From Ignavibacteria bacterium (GTDB taxonomy: Bacteria; Bacteroidota; Ignavibacteria; Kapaibacteriales; Kapaibacteriaceae), in NCBI GenBank assembly GCA_016191145.1, contig JACPPD010000012.1:145-64144 (forward strand): a stretch of DNA of 64,000 nucleotides, written 5' to 3'. Below, piece after piece: positions 1-9,401 of the stretch. Both the position numbers and the translations under genes were made by a program. The first letter of the stretch is position 1; the number at the start of each line of letters is the position of its first letter. The notes under the pieces are model-generated. The model was not told where the DNA came from. It did no database searches and worked only from the letters and a program-made list of their open reading frames with translations.

Positions 1-141
1 CCAATGGTAATCAGAACCGAATACCTCAGGAGAATTCACTAGCGCATCGCCTTGGATTTCGAGAAAAGAGTTGAAGTCGTCTATCTCCAAGGGGCGCAAT
101 TCGTATTGAGGAAGCATCTCCAAACATACATGGTTCGGCAT
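1..141 (-). CDS. GNAT-family N-acetyltransferase, N-terminal fragment (gene runs off the left edge)
   Basis: Hand translation of the minus strand from ATG at 141-139 gives MPNHVCLEMLPQYELRPLEIDDFNSFLEIQGDALVNSPEVFGSDYHW, open to position 1. The LRPLxxDD...AL.N.PE.FGS pattern resembles GNAT N-termini. Too short for the ORF track. Confidence 0.4.
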   Translation of the reverse strand, partial: MPNHVCLEMLPQYELRPLEIDDFNSFLEIQGDALVNSPEVFGSDYHW

Positions 142-348
142 TAATCTAGTGGATTCGCACATAGCAATTTAATTCTTGCCAGGATGTCAGCGAACGGTAA
201 AAGTAACTATAGTTAGCAACTTAGTATCTACCAGACTAAAAGTCTGAAGGCTAAACTTCAATATCTAAGGCATACACAGGAGGCGACAGCATGATTCCCT
301 GGTGGCGGAAAGGACCGTATACATGTTCGGAAGTGGGAAGGACTTCGT

Positions 349-702
349 TTAGAACACAAGCACTTTGTCGCTGTCTACTACCCAGTTGCTGAGTTCGGCC
401 ATTGAGCTGATTTCTGCTCCCTCAACCATCTCAACGTTATTCAGCCCCCGAGCATCGGCGCAGCTTCCGCATATTTTCACCATGGCACCCTTAGCGATGG
501 ATGATTTCAGCATTCGCTCAATGCTGTAATATCCGTTTGGTGTGGATTGGTTGGCGACGGCACAACCGGCCGCATCGGCCATTAGGAAGATTCGCACCGC
601 TACTTGTTCATGGTCTTTGCCTAACTGGTTTGCCAGGCGCAAAGCATTGTATGCCTTTTCTGTTCCATAGGGGGCATCGTTAATAATTATAGTTATTATC
701 AT
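349..702 (-). CDS. DsrE/DsrF-like (YchN-like) sulfur-relay family protein
   Basis: 117-aa ORF with N-terminal IIINDAPYGTEKAYNALRLA and C-terminal KICGSCADARG...DKVLVF, typical of small DsrE-family proteins. Confidence 0.75.
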   Translation of the reverse strand: MIITIIINDAPYGTEKAYNALRLANQLGKDHEQVAVRIFLMADAAGCAVANQSTPNGYYSIERMLKSSIAKGAMVKICGSCADARGLNNVEMVEGAEISSMAELSNWVVDSDKVLVF

Positions 703-847
703 AGATTGTTGTAGTAAGGCAAGTTGTGCTAGAAATCCAAATTTTTAAGGGCTTCGGCGTAACGCTGGCAGATAGACCCTTGCAGTCCCAGGCTGAATCA
801 TAACCATACCTTGATTCCTCAGGTAATGTTTATCATCAGTGACGAGG

Positions 848-1342
848 TTATTTATTTACTGGATAACCTTTATCAATCCAGTCTACATTTAGATTATGAG
901 TTAGGTTGAGAAGTTTGTGGTTGGTAAATCCCATTTCGTTAAGCAGACTGAAAGCTGGTCGGATATTCGGACAATCCTCGAAGGGGCAACAACCGCAGTA
1001 GATAACGATGGCCGCGTCTCTAGGTAGAGACTGTATTTCTGCCTTGAACCTATTCAGATTTTCCGACTCCTGTGCCGGGCCAAATGCGATAGAATTCTTG
1101 ATTGCACCAACGCGGCCTATGCTGTACACATGTGGAAGGTTCTTACTATTATTCGTTAGCATCTTGGCTAGGGTGGCCGGTTGCATCAGTTGTGCATCCG
1201 TCCAGGGCTCTGCCAGTGTGGACTGCGCTGCCTGTTTGATAGCGGCCTCCTGAACCTTTGCAGAATATTCCGATTCTGTATTACAACTCATAATCATGAG
1301 TCCACTAATTAAGACAATGAGTGTCATGTGTTTCAGCTCCAT
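848..1342 (-). CDS. Exported (lipoprotein-type) rhodanese-like sulfurtransferase with Cys-rich loop
   Basis: 164-aa ORF with signal/lipobox-like LISGLMIMSC. The C-terminal rhodanese-like module has IVIYCGCCPFEDCPN at the active-site-loop position. An alternative start is at Met6. Confidence 0.65.
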   Translation of the reverse strand: MELKHMTLIVLISGLMIMSCNTESEYSAKVQEAAIKQAAQSTLAEPWTDAQLMQPATLAKMLTNNSKNLPHVYSIGRVGAIKNSIAFGPAQESENLNRFKAEIQSLPRDAAIVIYCGCCPFEDCPNIRPAFSLLNEMGFTNHKLLNLTHNLNVDWIDKGYPVNK

Positions 1343-1418
1343 TATGATTCGACTTAAAATTCTACAATTACTGGTTGATCCACTGCTTGTTCAATGCAAA
1401 AGGAATGGAAAGCGACGG

Positions 1419-1739
1419 TTAAAGGTTTTCAAGAAGCGACTGACCTTGTTTTAGGTTTTCAATCAATACTTCACGCATCAGTCTGCAAGCGCGCGCTACT
1501 TTCTTTGACGAAAGAGAATAATAGTTGCACTGACCTTGTCTGCGTACGGTTAGAATCCCCTTCTTACTCATCAAAGACAGATGTTGGGATAGGTTAGACT
1601 TCAGCCCTCCTGTTATTTCGAGAATGTCGGTAAAGCAGAGCTCTCCATCCTGCAGCAAGTCAATCACCTGGATTCTCAGAGCGTGTCCAAGAGCCTTGCA
1701 GACATCTGCATGGAGTTCAAATATTTTGCCATCTTTCAT
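1419..1739 (-). CDS. ArsR/SmtB-family transcriptional regulator
   Basis: 106-aa ORF with the winged-helix pattern LGHALRIQVIDLL..GELCFTDILEITGGLKSNLSQHLSLMSKKGIL..YYSL. It has four Cys (14, 35, 71, 85). Confidence 0.85.
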   Translation of the reverse strand: MKDGKIFELHADVCKALGHALRIQVIDLLQDGELCFTDILEITGGLKSNLSQHLSLMSKKGILTVRRQGQCNYYSLSSKKVARACRLMREVLIENLKQGQSLLENL

Positions 1740-1755
1740 GGTTCAATTGTTTATT

Positions 1756-1775
1756 AGTTCACAAATCTATGAATT
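1756..1775. promoter_or_regulatory. Candidate ArsR-type operator (imperfect inverted repeat AGTTCA-N8-TGAATT)
   Basis: agttcacaaatctatgaatt lies 17 nt upstream of the arsR-like start. The TTCA-N8-TGAA core resembles ArsR/SmtB operators. Position and symmetry only. Confidence 0.25.
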
Positions 1776-2056
1776 ATCGGACGAATCTCATCTCACCTTC
1801 CATATAGTCCTTGCTAAATCAATTACCTAACTTTAACCGTTCATCATCTAATACAGACCCTTTGATAAGGAACTCTCGCCAAATTTTTTATTTGCGCAAA
1901 CCCTGAATTGGGTAGCTTGAAAACTGTTTACTCGGCAACTGGAGTGTGGATTTTTCAGAGAAGATATGTGTTGTAAAATCGTGATAAAGCAACCCTGTTG
2001 ATGAGTGCTGCACACGGTGGAATGTTATATAAGCAAATGGATTGTGAACCTTTGGC

Positions 2057-3430
2057 TCACTTCCCTATACAGAAATTTGCAAACACTGCATCGAGAATGT
2101 CTGGAGTCCATGTTTCACCAGTGATCTCACCAAGGCATCGGATGGCGGAACGCACGTCGATGGCGATGAGATCTGCAGTCGTGCCATCGTTCAGCGCGTT
2201 GCGGGCGGAGAGTAGATGTTGTCGTGTTTCACTGAGGAGTGATGCCTGACGTTTGTTGATGAGTGCATCATCGAATCCCTGTCTGCTCTTCCTGATATGC
2301 TCAAGGAGTGCGACCTTTACCGGGTCTGCACCTCTTGCCGATAGCGCCGAGCAGGAAATATCATTTTGTCTGGCTGCTGGCAAGCCCCCTTCAACAAGAT
2401 CCATCTTGTTTTGTATGCACACGATTGGGATATGCGGGAATCTTGATGCGATGTCAGCCTGCAAGGCACCGGAATGATCGAACCCGCAGGAAGAATCGTT
2501 GACAAGTAGCACTATGTTGCTTTGTTCGATTACGGATGATGTGAGCTGTACTCCTTGCAATTCTATGACGTCTTCTGTGTGACGCAAACCCGCAGTGTCG
2601 TAGAGGTTCACAATGTAACCATCGATAACAAGTGCATCCTCGAGATAGTCGCGAGTGGTACCAGGGATTTCGCTTACAATTGCTCTGGTACGATTAAGCA
2701 ACGCATTGAATAACGAACTCTTACCTGCATTAGGGTAGCCCACTACGGCACAGGCAAAGCCTGACCGCAGTATTTCTGATGACTGAGCAGACGAGAGCAG
2801 CGCAGATGTGAGGTCTACCGACTCGTCGAGCGCTTTGATGAATACAGATCTGCTAACAAATTCGTATCCCTCTTCCGAAAAATCCAACTCGACTTCCAAT
2901 AATGAAGTCGCTTTCAATAGTAAGTCGCGCACTTCATTCAGACGGTGTGTAAATCCTCCGGCTAGCTGACGAGCAGCAATTTGAGCCCCTACTCGTGTTT
3001 GTGTATGTATTAGGTCTGCCACGGCTTCAACCTGAAGGAAATCCAATTTTCCGTTCAGAAATGCACGCTTTGTGAATTCACCCGGCTCTGCATGACGAGC
3101 TGAAGTGGATAGTAGAGAGGAGATGATCTGCTGTGTAACGAAAACACCGCCGTGACATCCAATCTCCACCACGTCTTCGCCTGTATAGCTGTTAGGTTTC
3201 CGAAACACTGTTAACGTCACCGAATCGATTTTCCGAACACCTTCGCTCCACCACCCATAATGGATTGTATGGTCGGTGAATTGTGGAACAGACTTTGTGC
3301 CACGAAAGAACTTGTTGCAGATTTCAAGCGAATCGGTACCCGACACACGAATGACAGCAAGACCGGCGATGCCGGGTGGAGTTGCAAGAGCACATATTGT
3401 TTCCGTCCAACGATCTGTATTTTCCATCAT
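2057..3430 (-). CDS. mnmE: tRNA modification GTPase MnmE (TrmE)
   Basis: N-terminal ICALATPPGIAGLAVIRVSG, G1 GYPNAGKSSLFNAL, G3 DTAGLR, G4 NKMD, and the C-terminal hallmark FCIGK. I trimmed the ORF-track start (3601) to the MM at 3430. The upstream 57 codons look non-coding and overlap the birA start region. Confidence 0.95.
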   Translation of the reverse strand: MMENTDRWTETICALATPPGIAGLAVIRVSGTDSLEICNKFFRGTKSVPQFTDHTIHYGWWSEGVRKIDSVTLTVFRKPNSYTGEDVVEIGCHGGVFVTQQIISSLLSTSARHAEPGEFTKRAFLNGKLDFLQVEAVADLIHTQTRVGAQIAARQLAGGFTHRLNEVRDLLLKATSLLEVELDFSEEGYEFVSRSVFIKALDESVDLTSALLSSAQSSEILRSGFACAVVGYPNAGKSSLFNALLNRTRAIVSEIPGTTRDYLEDALVIDGYIVNLYDTAGLRHTEDVIELQGVQLTSSVIEQSNIVLLVNDSSCGFDHSGALQADIASRFPHIPIVCIQNKMDLVEGGLPAARQNDISCSALSARGADPVKVALLEHIRKSRQGFDDALINKRQASLLSETRQHLLSARNALNDGTTADLIAIDVRSAIRCLGEITGETWTPDILDAVFANFCIGK

Positions 3431-3481
3431 CCAAAAAATACGAACGATGATGTGTAAACTTGTGTTTTTTACAATCGCAAT

Positions 3482-4225
3482 GTGCCAATGATTTCGGAAC
3501 AGCCGATTGAGTTTCATCTGCCGAGCGTGAGTTCGACAAACGATTATGCAAAGGAGTTGCTTCGACGATATAAATATGTATTCGTTAGCGCCATGCATCA
3601 AACGGCCGGAAGGGGCAGAAATGGTCGGGCGTGGTTTGGCGACTTCGGTGCTAACGCTTATTGCTCACTTGGAGTGAGGCATACTTCCGAGAAATCCGTA
3701 AGTGACCTTGCCGCTTTTATGGCGAAGGGGGCTTTGGCAACAATCTTCACTCTTCGGGTATGCTCGCCCGACACAAAGTTCAGATTGAAATATCCAAACG
3801 ACGTACAGGTGATGATGGAAAATGGATGGGCTAAGATTGCGGGTATACTTGTAGAACACGAATTTTTGGGAAGTCTGTGCACGTCTTCGGTGATCGGAGT
3901 GGGAATCAATAATGGTCAGCGCTTCTTCCCTGATACTATCAATCAGCCATGTACGTCGTTGCGCCTGGTTGGCTGCGATATAGATGTTTCGAAACTTGTT
4001 CAGCAACTAAAATCCGACCTCGTTCAAACAAATAGCATGCAAACAGATGAAGCACTGCGATGTTGGGTTGACGAATTAGATATTTTAGGGGCTAGTATTA
4101 GAATTCTTGACGATTCAAGTGAGTGGGTTGTCACTAAGGTAATGAACGACGGTCGCCTCGTGGCGAAGAACAAAGTATCACTAATTGAACGGACCGTCAC
4201 AGATGGCGACTCTGTACGATACTAA
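3482..4225 (+). CDS. birA: Biotin--[acetyl-CoA-carboxylase] ligase, class I (no N-terminal HTH)
   Basis: 247 aa with GRGRNGRAW and KYPNDV motifs. The length is too short for a repressor domain. Confidence 0.9.
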   Translation: MPMISEQPIEFHLPSVSSTNDYAKELLRRYKYVFVSAMHQTAGRGRNGRAWFGDFGANAYCSLGVRHTSEKSVSDLAAFMAKGALATIFTLRVCSPDTKFRLKYPNDVQVMMENGWAKIAGILVEHEFLGSLCTSSVIGVGINNGQRFFPDTINQPCTSLRLVGCDIDVSKLVQQLKSDLVQTNSMQTDEALRCWVDELDILGASIRILDDSSEWVVTKVMNDGRLVAKNKVSLIERTVTDGDSVRY

Positions 4226-5036
4226 AGTTGAACTTAATAATGTCGAATACGGCATTTGTGGCATTGATGTAGGCAACAGCCGGGTAAAAATCCATCACGA
4301 TGATGTATTTCTATCGTTCCCATACGACAAGGATTGGAAGAAAAACGTCCAGCATCATTTTCGTGACCACACAACGCGACGCTATCTGATAGGTCTTTCT
4401 AGCGTTAACCCCCGACAAACGACTGCAATCGTCAAGGTTCTGCAGCGACTACCCGGCCATCTCGTTATCAGTATTCATTCACTGATGATGCGCAACGAGA
4501 AATTACTGTCGTTTGGTGCCGTTGAAAATGCGGGCATAGACAGGCTGCTGGGTGCAATCGGCGCAATGCAGCAAGCAAAGCCACCGTTGATTACTATCGA
4601 TTGCGGAACCGCAATTACGATTAATGCTGTATCAGAAAAAAACGTATTTATTGGCGGCGCAATTTTTGCTGGCATTTCCACGCAACTATATGGTCTGGCA
4701 AAGCAAACGGCAGGTATACAGGAATTTTCGTATTCACCACCAACGAGCTCGATAGGAGTAAACACATTTGAGTCTTTGATGATTGGTGTTACCGCATCGG
4801 TTGTAGGCGGAGCTACTGAAATAATAAAATCTATGCAGACGGAATTGTTTCACAATACGACTGTTAGCACAGTGATTACAGGCGGAGAAGGTATGCATCT
4901 CGTGAGCGGTTTAAAGGCGAATGGAATTGATTCGGTTTACTATAAGCATCTTGTTACCGACGGCATTTTATCGTTGCTTGCCAACGCTCAACGAAATGAT
5001 GTGCAGGACGCAATCATTGAGAAAATTCGCACATGA
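4203..5036 (+). CDS. coaX: Type III pantothenate kinase
   Basis: GIDVGNSRVKI, DCGTAITINAV and VITGGEG motifs. ATG at 4203 is preferred over TTG at 4185. It overlaps the birA 3' end. Confidence 0.9.
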   Translation: MATLYDTKVELNNVEYGICGIDVGNSRVKIHHDDVFLSFPYDKDWKKNVQHHFRDHTTRRYLIGLSSVNPRQTTAIVKVLQRLPGHLVISIHSLMMRNEKLLSFGAVENAGIDRLLGAIGAMQQAKPPLITIDCGTAITINAVSEKNVFIGGAIFAGISTQLYGLAKQTAGIQEFSYSPPTSSIGVNTFESLMIGVTASVVGGATEIIKSMQTELFHNTTVSTVITGGEGMHLVSGLKANGIDSVYYKHLVTDGILSLLANAQRNDVQDAIIEKIRT

Positions 5037-5920
5037 GTGGTGTACCCATGCCCCCTTCCATTGCCATTCATGGGGGAGCCGGAAATCTTGAGAAATACCG
5101 TAATACGGGAAGGCTTGAAGAAGCCGAAATGTTTCTTGCAAGGTTAATTGATGGGTTGTACGCAGACGCGTTGAACGGTATGGGGGCGATAGACCTCGTA
5201 ACAAAAGCTGTTGTGATACTCGAGGACTGCGGTCTCTTTCATGCAGGTAAGGGATCATCGCCGAATTCGCAAGGAGTCATAGAAATGGATGCCTCAATTA
5301 TGCGAGGCGATACGCAGCAAGCAGCGGGAGTGATTGCTGTGTCGGCAGTGAAGAATCCAATTCTACTTGCCCGACACATCATGGAGAATACACCGCATGT
5401 GCTGGTACATGGCGCTGCTGCCGAAGAACTTGCAACCTCTGCAAACCTTGAACATGTTGGAGCATCTTACTTTGTGCCGTGCGATGAAATCGGGGCGGCT
5501 ATCGATGCTCGGTCTCAAGGAACCGTTGGCGCTGTAGTACGGGACGTAAGGGGCATGATGGCTGCAGCCACTTCTACTGGGGGCATTTTACGCAAAGCTG
5601 CAGGCCGTGTTGGAGATTCTCCCATTATTGGCGCCGGCACATTTGCACGCAATCTCGTCGGTGCGGTATCATGCACGGGAATTGGAGAATTTTTCATTCG
5701 GTCAGCGGCTGCTAGCCAGACTATTTCACGTATTGAACTTTTGGGCGAAACAGCGACGGCTGCTGCAGGGCAAATACTTGAATCGATTCACCGCATGGGT
5801 GGTGAGGGAGGCATCATAACTATTGGACAACGCGGAGAATGTGCCATGTTATTCAACACTCAGGGAATGTATCGGGCTGCAATTGATTCAAGGGGCGAGC
5901 GAACCGTTGCAATATTCTAA
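5033..5920 (+). CDS. iaaA: Isoaspartyl peptidase / L-asparaginase (Ntn-hydrolase, asparaginase 2 family)
   Basis: IHGGAGN, the autoprocessing site GTVGAVVRD, and TSTGG. ATGA overlap with coaX. Confidence 0.88.
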   Translation: MSGVPMPPSIAIHGGAGNLEKYRNTGRLEEAEMFLARLIDGLYADALNGMGAIDLVTKAVVILEDCGLFHAGKGSSPNSQGVIEMDASIMRGDTQQAAGVIAVSAVKNPILLARHIMENTPHVLVHGAAAEELATSANLEHVGASYFVPCDEIGAAIDARSQGTVGAVVRDVRGMMAAATSTGGILRKAAGRVGDSPIIGAGTFARNLVGAVSCTGIGEFFIRSAAASQTISRIELLGETATAAAGQILESIHRMGGEGGIITIGQRGECAMLFNTQGMYRAAIDSRGERTVAIF

Positions 5921-5926
5921 ATTTAT

Positions 5927-8263
5927 TTAGAATGCATGTCCGAGCCCAATACTGATCTGCCAATTGCTTCCACCCATGATGTTTGTTCTGCCTCTAAAGA
6001 TCCACTGGCCCTCTGTTCGCAACGGGTCGTAAACACTGGTTGCATAGTCTATCCGAATCGGTCCGACTGGCGTGTCGAACCGATATCCCAATCCGGCAGC
6101 CAATACACTACCCTTGTACACATCTTCAAACCTCATTGTACCGTAGAGGTCAACCGTAAGACGGTTAAATGCGTTTCCGGCATCAATGAAAAATGTAATT
6201 CCACTTTTTTCAACAATGGAAGCCCATAATGCATTCCATCCACGTGGACGGGCAAACGTATACCTAAGTTCAATGCCAAGTTCGATGAGTGTTCCACTGC
6301 CAACAACATTTGAATAAATATTCTCTTGAGAGTTGTTTTCTAAATCGACAACACCTGAATGTGGATCGTGTAGCAATCTCGATGGATATGAGCGTATACT
6401 TGCGGCTCCGCCGGCAAAGAACTGACGTTCCAGTGGAACGTATGTGTTTGTATCGATTGCACTGCCAGGCTTGAAATTCAATAACTGAATGTGTCCGAGC
6501 TTAACCTTAGTTGCCAATATTAGCCGAGAGTCGAGAGTAGTTACAGCAGCATTGAAAAACTGGAATCGGACAAATTCTCCCGCCCCAAATCCTCCTTCAA
6601 CTGAAAAGTTAAGGAAATAGCCTCTGCGGGGATTGACAGGATTGTCTCGATGTTCACCGCGAAAATTGAAGCCAGGATAAATACCTGTGAACCACATTGA
6701 ATTAGGATTTTTCAGGTATGCATCAAGCACGGAAAACTGATTAAATGTGCTAAGTACAGTGGCAGTATCCTGCACAGTTTTAGCGTCATTGAGCGCAGTA
6801 CCCAAGGCTTGATCAAAATTTTCAGGTACCTGACGCTCAAGACTCAGATTAAGGTCGAAGCCATTGAATACAGTGTAGCTGTATAGGTTAACGGGGAGTC
6901 TCCCTCCGAGCCCAAACGAAGCCAGGCGGAAAGGATAGGTGAGGAGTCGATATGAGTAATATGTATTGGTTTGCAAACCCAGGCGTATTCCACCGACACG
7001 TGCCATATTTGGCCACGCCAATACAAATGAAAGCAACGCTTCGCTTTCTAGTGTTTGACTCTGAAACGCACGGCTGATGTCCTGTAGAATGTATTGCGCA
7101 GTTATCGAAGTCACCTGGGCACCACCAAAAGTGTTCTTGTATTGTGCAGTAGCTCCAACACCAACATTGAGATAATTATCCACGGCAGTCTGAAACACTA
7201 AGAGGTTGGTGCCGACATCATAGACTTTTGCATTCCTTGTGAATACTTCGATTGCAACAGCCGAATCTGCATCAGACATGTCGGTCGAGTCGAGAAAAAC
7301 AACTGTAATAGTATCAATTGCAACTATTTCAAAACATCCCAAACTTATTAGACTCGCTCTGGTTTGATTCAGCTTGAGCTTGCTATACCAATCGCCCTCC
7401 CTAAACTCAAGCTGCCTCCTTCGCATAGATTCATTCACACTTGGATAACCGTTAAGATCTTCGGTAAAGACAATCTGACGAATCCTTACACGACTACCAG
7501 GCTCGATTTTAGCAAGTAATGTGTCGTGCCTACCATCATCAGAAATGCTGACTACGGGCGGTTCGAAGTATGCTCGGTAGTAACCGTTGTTTTGAAGAAC
7601 AGCCACAATGGCACGCAGCTCCTTTTCAAAGCCTGCCTCGGAGTATGGATCTCCCCTTTCAATATCTCTAACGTCGTTAATTTCTTTTAACACACTGTCT
7701 GGGACCTTGTACAATCCTCGGTAAACAACTGTATCAATTTGTGCTCTCGGACCTTCGTCGATGTAAAACGTAAGCGTATTTTGATAGGTTGAAAGGTTGT
7801 ATTCAAACTTCCATGTTACCGTTGCATTATGAAATCCGTTTTGATCCAGATACTTCAATAATGCCACACTGTCGTCGGAAGCTTTGTCAGGATTGAAATA
7901 CAGTAATTCCTCCTCAAGGTCTTTCTGAACCTTGGAGAGTGTCTGTATGACCTGCTTTGGAGTGGAAGGATTACGGCGAAAGTTTTCGTAATAATAATAT
8001 GTAAGGCGTCGGGTAAAACTGAGATCGCTTTCACGAGACACGATGACGCCGATCAAATCTTCTTTTGCTGTCTCGTTCAATCCCACGAATTCGATTGCTT
8101 CCAACTCTCCGAAACCCTGCGAGACATTCATGCCGGAACGGGCTCTGTGCCTATCCTCGCTGGTGTCTTGCATCACCAGAGCAAAAGCCGGAGACGACTC
8201 TATAATTACCCATGCAATAATGATGGGAATCAATAAGAACATCCGGCTAAAGGCGGTGCCCAC
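5927..8263 (-). CDS. bamA: Outer-membrane protein assembly factor BamA (Omp85 family)
   Basis: 778 aa with an N-terminal hydrophobic signal, POTRA-like repeats in the N-terminal half, and a C-terminal beta-barrel ending GLGHAF. GTG at 8263 or ATG at 8242. Confidence 0.85.
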   Translation of the reverse strand: MGTAFSRMFLLIPIIIAWVIIESSPAFALVMQDTSEDRHRARSGMNVSQGFGELEAIEFVGLNETAKEDLIGVIVSRESDLSFTRRLTYYYYENFRRNPSTPKQVIQTLSKVQKDLEEELLYFNPDKASDDSVALLKYLDQNGFHNATVTWKFEYNLSTYQNTLTFYIDEGPRAQIDTVVYRGLYKVPDSVLKEINDVRDIERGDPYSEAGFEKELRAIVAVLQNNGYYRAYFEPPVVSISDDGRHDTLLAKIEPGSRVRIRQIVFTEDLNGYPSVNESMRRRQLEFREGDWYSKLKLNQTRASLISLGCFEIVAIDTITVVFLDSTDMSDADSAVAIEVFTRNAKVYDVGTNLLVFQTAVDNYLNVGVGATAQYKNTFGGAQVTSITAQYILQDISRAFQSQTLESEALLSFVLAWPNMARVGGIRLGLQTNTYYSYRLLTYPFRLASFGLGGRLPVNLYSYTVFNGFDLNLSLERQVPENFDQALGTALNDAKTVQDTATVLSTFNQFSVLDAYLKNPNSMWFTGIYPGFNFRGEHRDNPVNPRRGYFLNFSVEGGFGAGEFVRFQFFNAAVTTLDSRLILATKVKLGHIQLLNFKPGSAIDTNTYVPLERQFFAGGAASIRSYPSRLLHDPHSGVVDLENNSQENIYSNVVGSGTLIELGIELRYTFARPRGWNALWASIVEKSGITFFIDAGNAFNRLTVDLYGTMRFEDVYKGSVLAAGLGYRFDTPVGPIRIDYATSVYDPLRTEGQWIFRGRTNIMGGSNWQISIGLGHAF

Positions 8264-8287
8264 GCGTCAAAGATACTTCCGTTCGAA

Positions 8288-8321
8288 CTGATGGAATAAA
8301 AAACCTGATGGAATAAAAAAC
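8288..8321. repeat. Perfect 17-bp tandem duplication (ctgatggaataaaaaac x2)
   Basis: Read directly: 8288-8304 and 8305-8321 are identical. On the minus strand each unit supplies a T6 tract. Confidence 0.95.
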
Positions 8322-8347
8322 GCTCGCTCAAAAAAGTTAAGCGAGCG
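8305..8347 (-). terminator. Intrinsic terminator after the DUF2795 gene
   Basis: On the minus strand, CGCTCGCT-(11 nt loop)-AGCGAGCG is followed by TTTTTTATTCC. It lies 18 nt past the stop at 8365. Confidence 0.5.
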
Positions 8348-8364
8348 TGAAAATTCTGCGGGAG

Positions 8365-8601
8365 TTAAAATTCGTTATCGTCGTCTTCATTAAACAGAAA
8401 ATCGTCAGAAGCGCTTTCATACTCTGGCCAGAGGTCTTCGATGCTCTCATACGTGATGTCTTCGGTGTCATCCAGCTCTTTCAGGTTCTCAATTACCTGC
8501 GTTGGCGCTCCTGTGCGGTCTGCATAATCGATCAACTCCTCCTTAGTTGCAGGCCAAGGCGCATCTTCGAGGTATGATGCCAGTTCTGGTGTCCAAAACA
8601 T
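8365..8601 (-). CDS. DUF2795 domain protein with acidic tail
   Basis: 78 aa. The segment LEDAPWPATKEELIDYADRTGAPTQVIENLKEL matches the DUF2795 pattern as I remember it. The C-terminus is very acidic. Confidence 0.7.
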   Translation of the reverse strand: MFWTPELASYLEDAPWPATKEELIDYADRTGAPTQVIENLKELDDTEDITYESIEDLWPEYESASDDFLFNEDDDNEF

Positions 8602-8717
8602 GATTGGTTCCTTTGATGTAGCGGTGGTCGTGAATCAAACGGGCGCGAATATACATTTGGTATTTGTTAATTGGTAATGCGCATGATTCGAGAGGTATTA
8701 TACCGGTGAGTCCGCTC

Positions 8718-9401
8718 TCACTTCGATAGGAGGCTCTCGACATAAATGAGATCGGAATTTGTGGTGATTTTGATGTTTGCATGCTCACCTGGGATACAGC
8801 GTACAGGATGGCCAGCAGCTTCAACGAGAGATGCATCGTCGGTGCCAGTCAGGCTGTGCCTGACTGCGTTGTTGTATGCGTTAACCAGGACTTCGCGCCT
8901 GAATCCCTGAGGTGTTTGTACTCTTCTAATTTCAGACCGGTTGATGGTGTCCACAACAAAATCGTTACTAACAATCTTAGTAGTGTCCGATTCCTCCACA
9001 CACGGTATTGCAGCCCCTTCCCTGTATGCGGCATTTATGATTTGCTCAAACAGTCTTTTTGATGCAAGGGGGCGAACAGCATCGTGAACGAGGATGACGT
9101 CGACGTCGGCTATGGACGAACTCATCAGTGCATTAGCAACGGAATCCCGACGAGTATTTCCCCCGGTGACAATGTTGATGCGGTCGTCGTCAATATTGTT
9201 ATGCTTCAATAAAGCCTGCAGGGTTGTGTCGGTTGGCGAAACTGGTATCACAACAGATTGAACGCCATCAATGCTCAATGAGATTTCGACAGCGTACAGG
9301 ATGACGGGTTTATTGCCAAGCAGCATGTATTGCTTTGGCAGATGTCCACCGAATCGTATACCGGAACCTGCAGCAGGCAGAATGATGCCGATTGAAATCA
9401 T
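8718..9401 (-). CDS. ispD: 2-C-methyl-D-erythritol 4-phosphate cytidylyltransferase
   Basis: ILPAAGSGIRFG, VHDAVRP and VQTPQGF motifs; 227 aa. Confidence 0.92.
   Translation of the reverse strand: MISIGIILPAAGSGIRFGGHLPKQYMLLGNKPVILYAVEISLSIDGVQSVVIPVSPTDTTLQALLKHNNIDDDRINIVTGGNTRRDSVANALMSSSIADVDVILVHDAVRPLASKRLFEQIINAAYREGAAIPCVEESDTTKIVSNDFVVDTINRSEIRRVQTPQGFRREVLVNAYNNAVRHSLTGTDDASLVEAAGHPVRCIPGEHANIKITTNSDLIYVESLLSK

Noticed and set aside
291-392. 33-codon ORF (MIPWWRKGPYTCSEVGRTSFRTQALCRCLLPSC) preceded by AGGAGG at ideal spacing
   Set aside because: The SD-like context is tempting. However, the ORF runs antisense into the dsrE-like 3' end, is very short, and has no supporting features. 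It would need ribosome profiling or conservation to be believed.
3431-3601. 57-codon N-terminal extension of the mnmE ORF
   Set aside because: MnmE family proteins start close to the CALATPPG motif. The extension is Ile/Arg/His-rich and would run over the birA start region.
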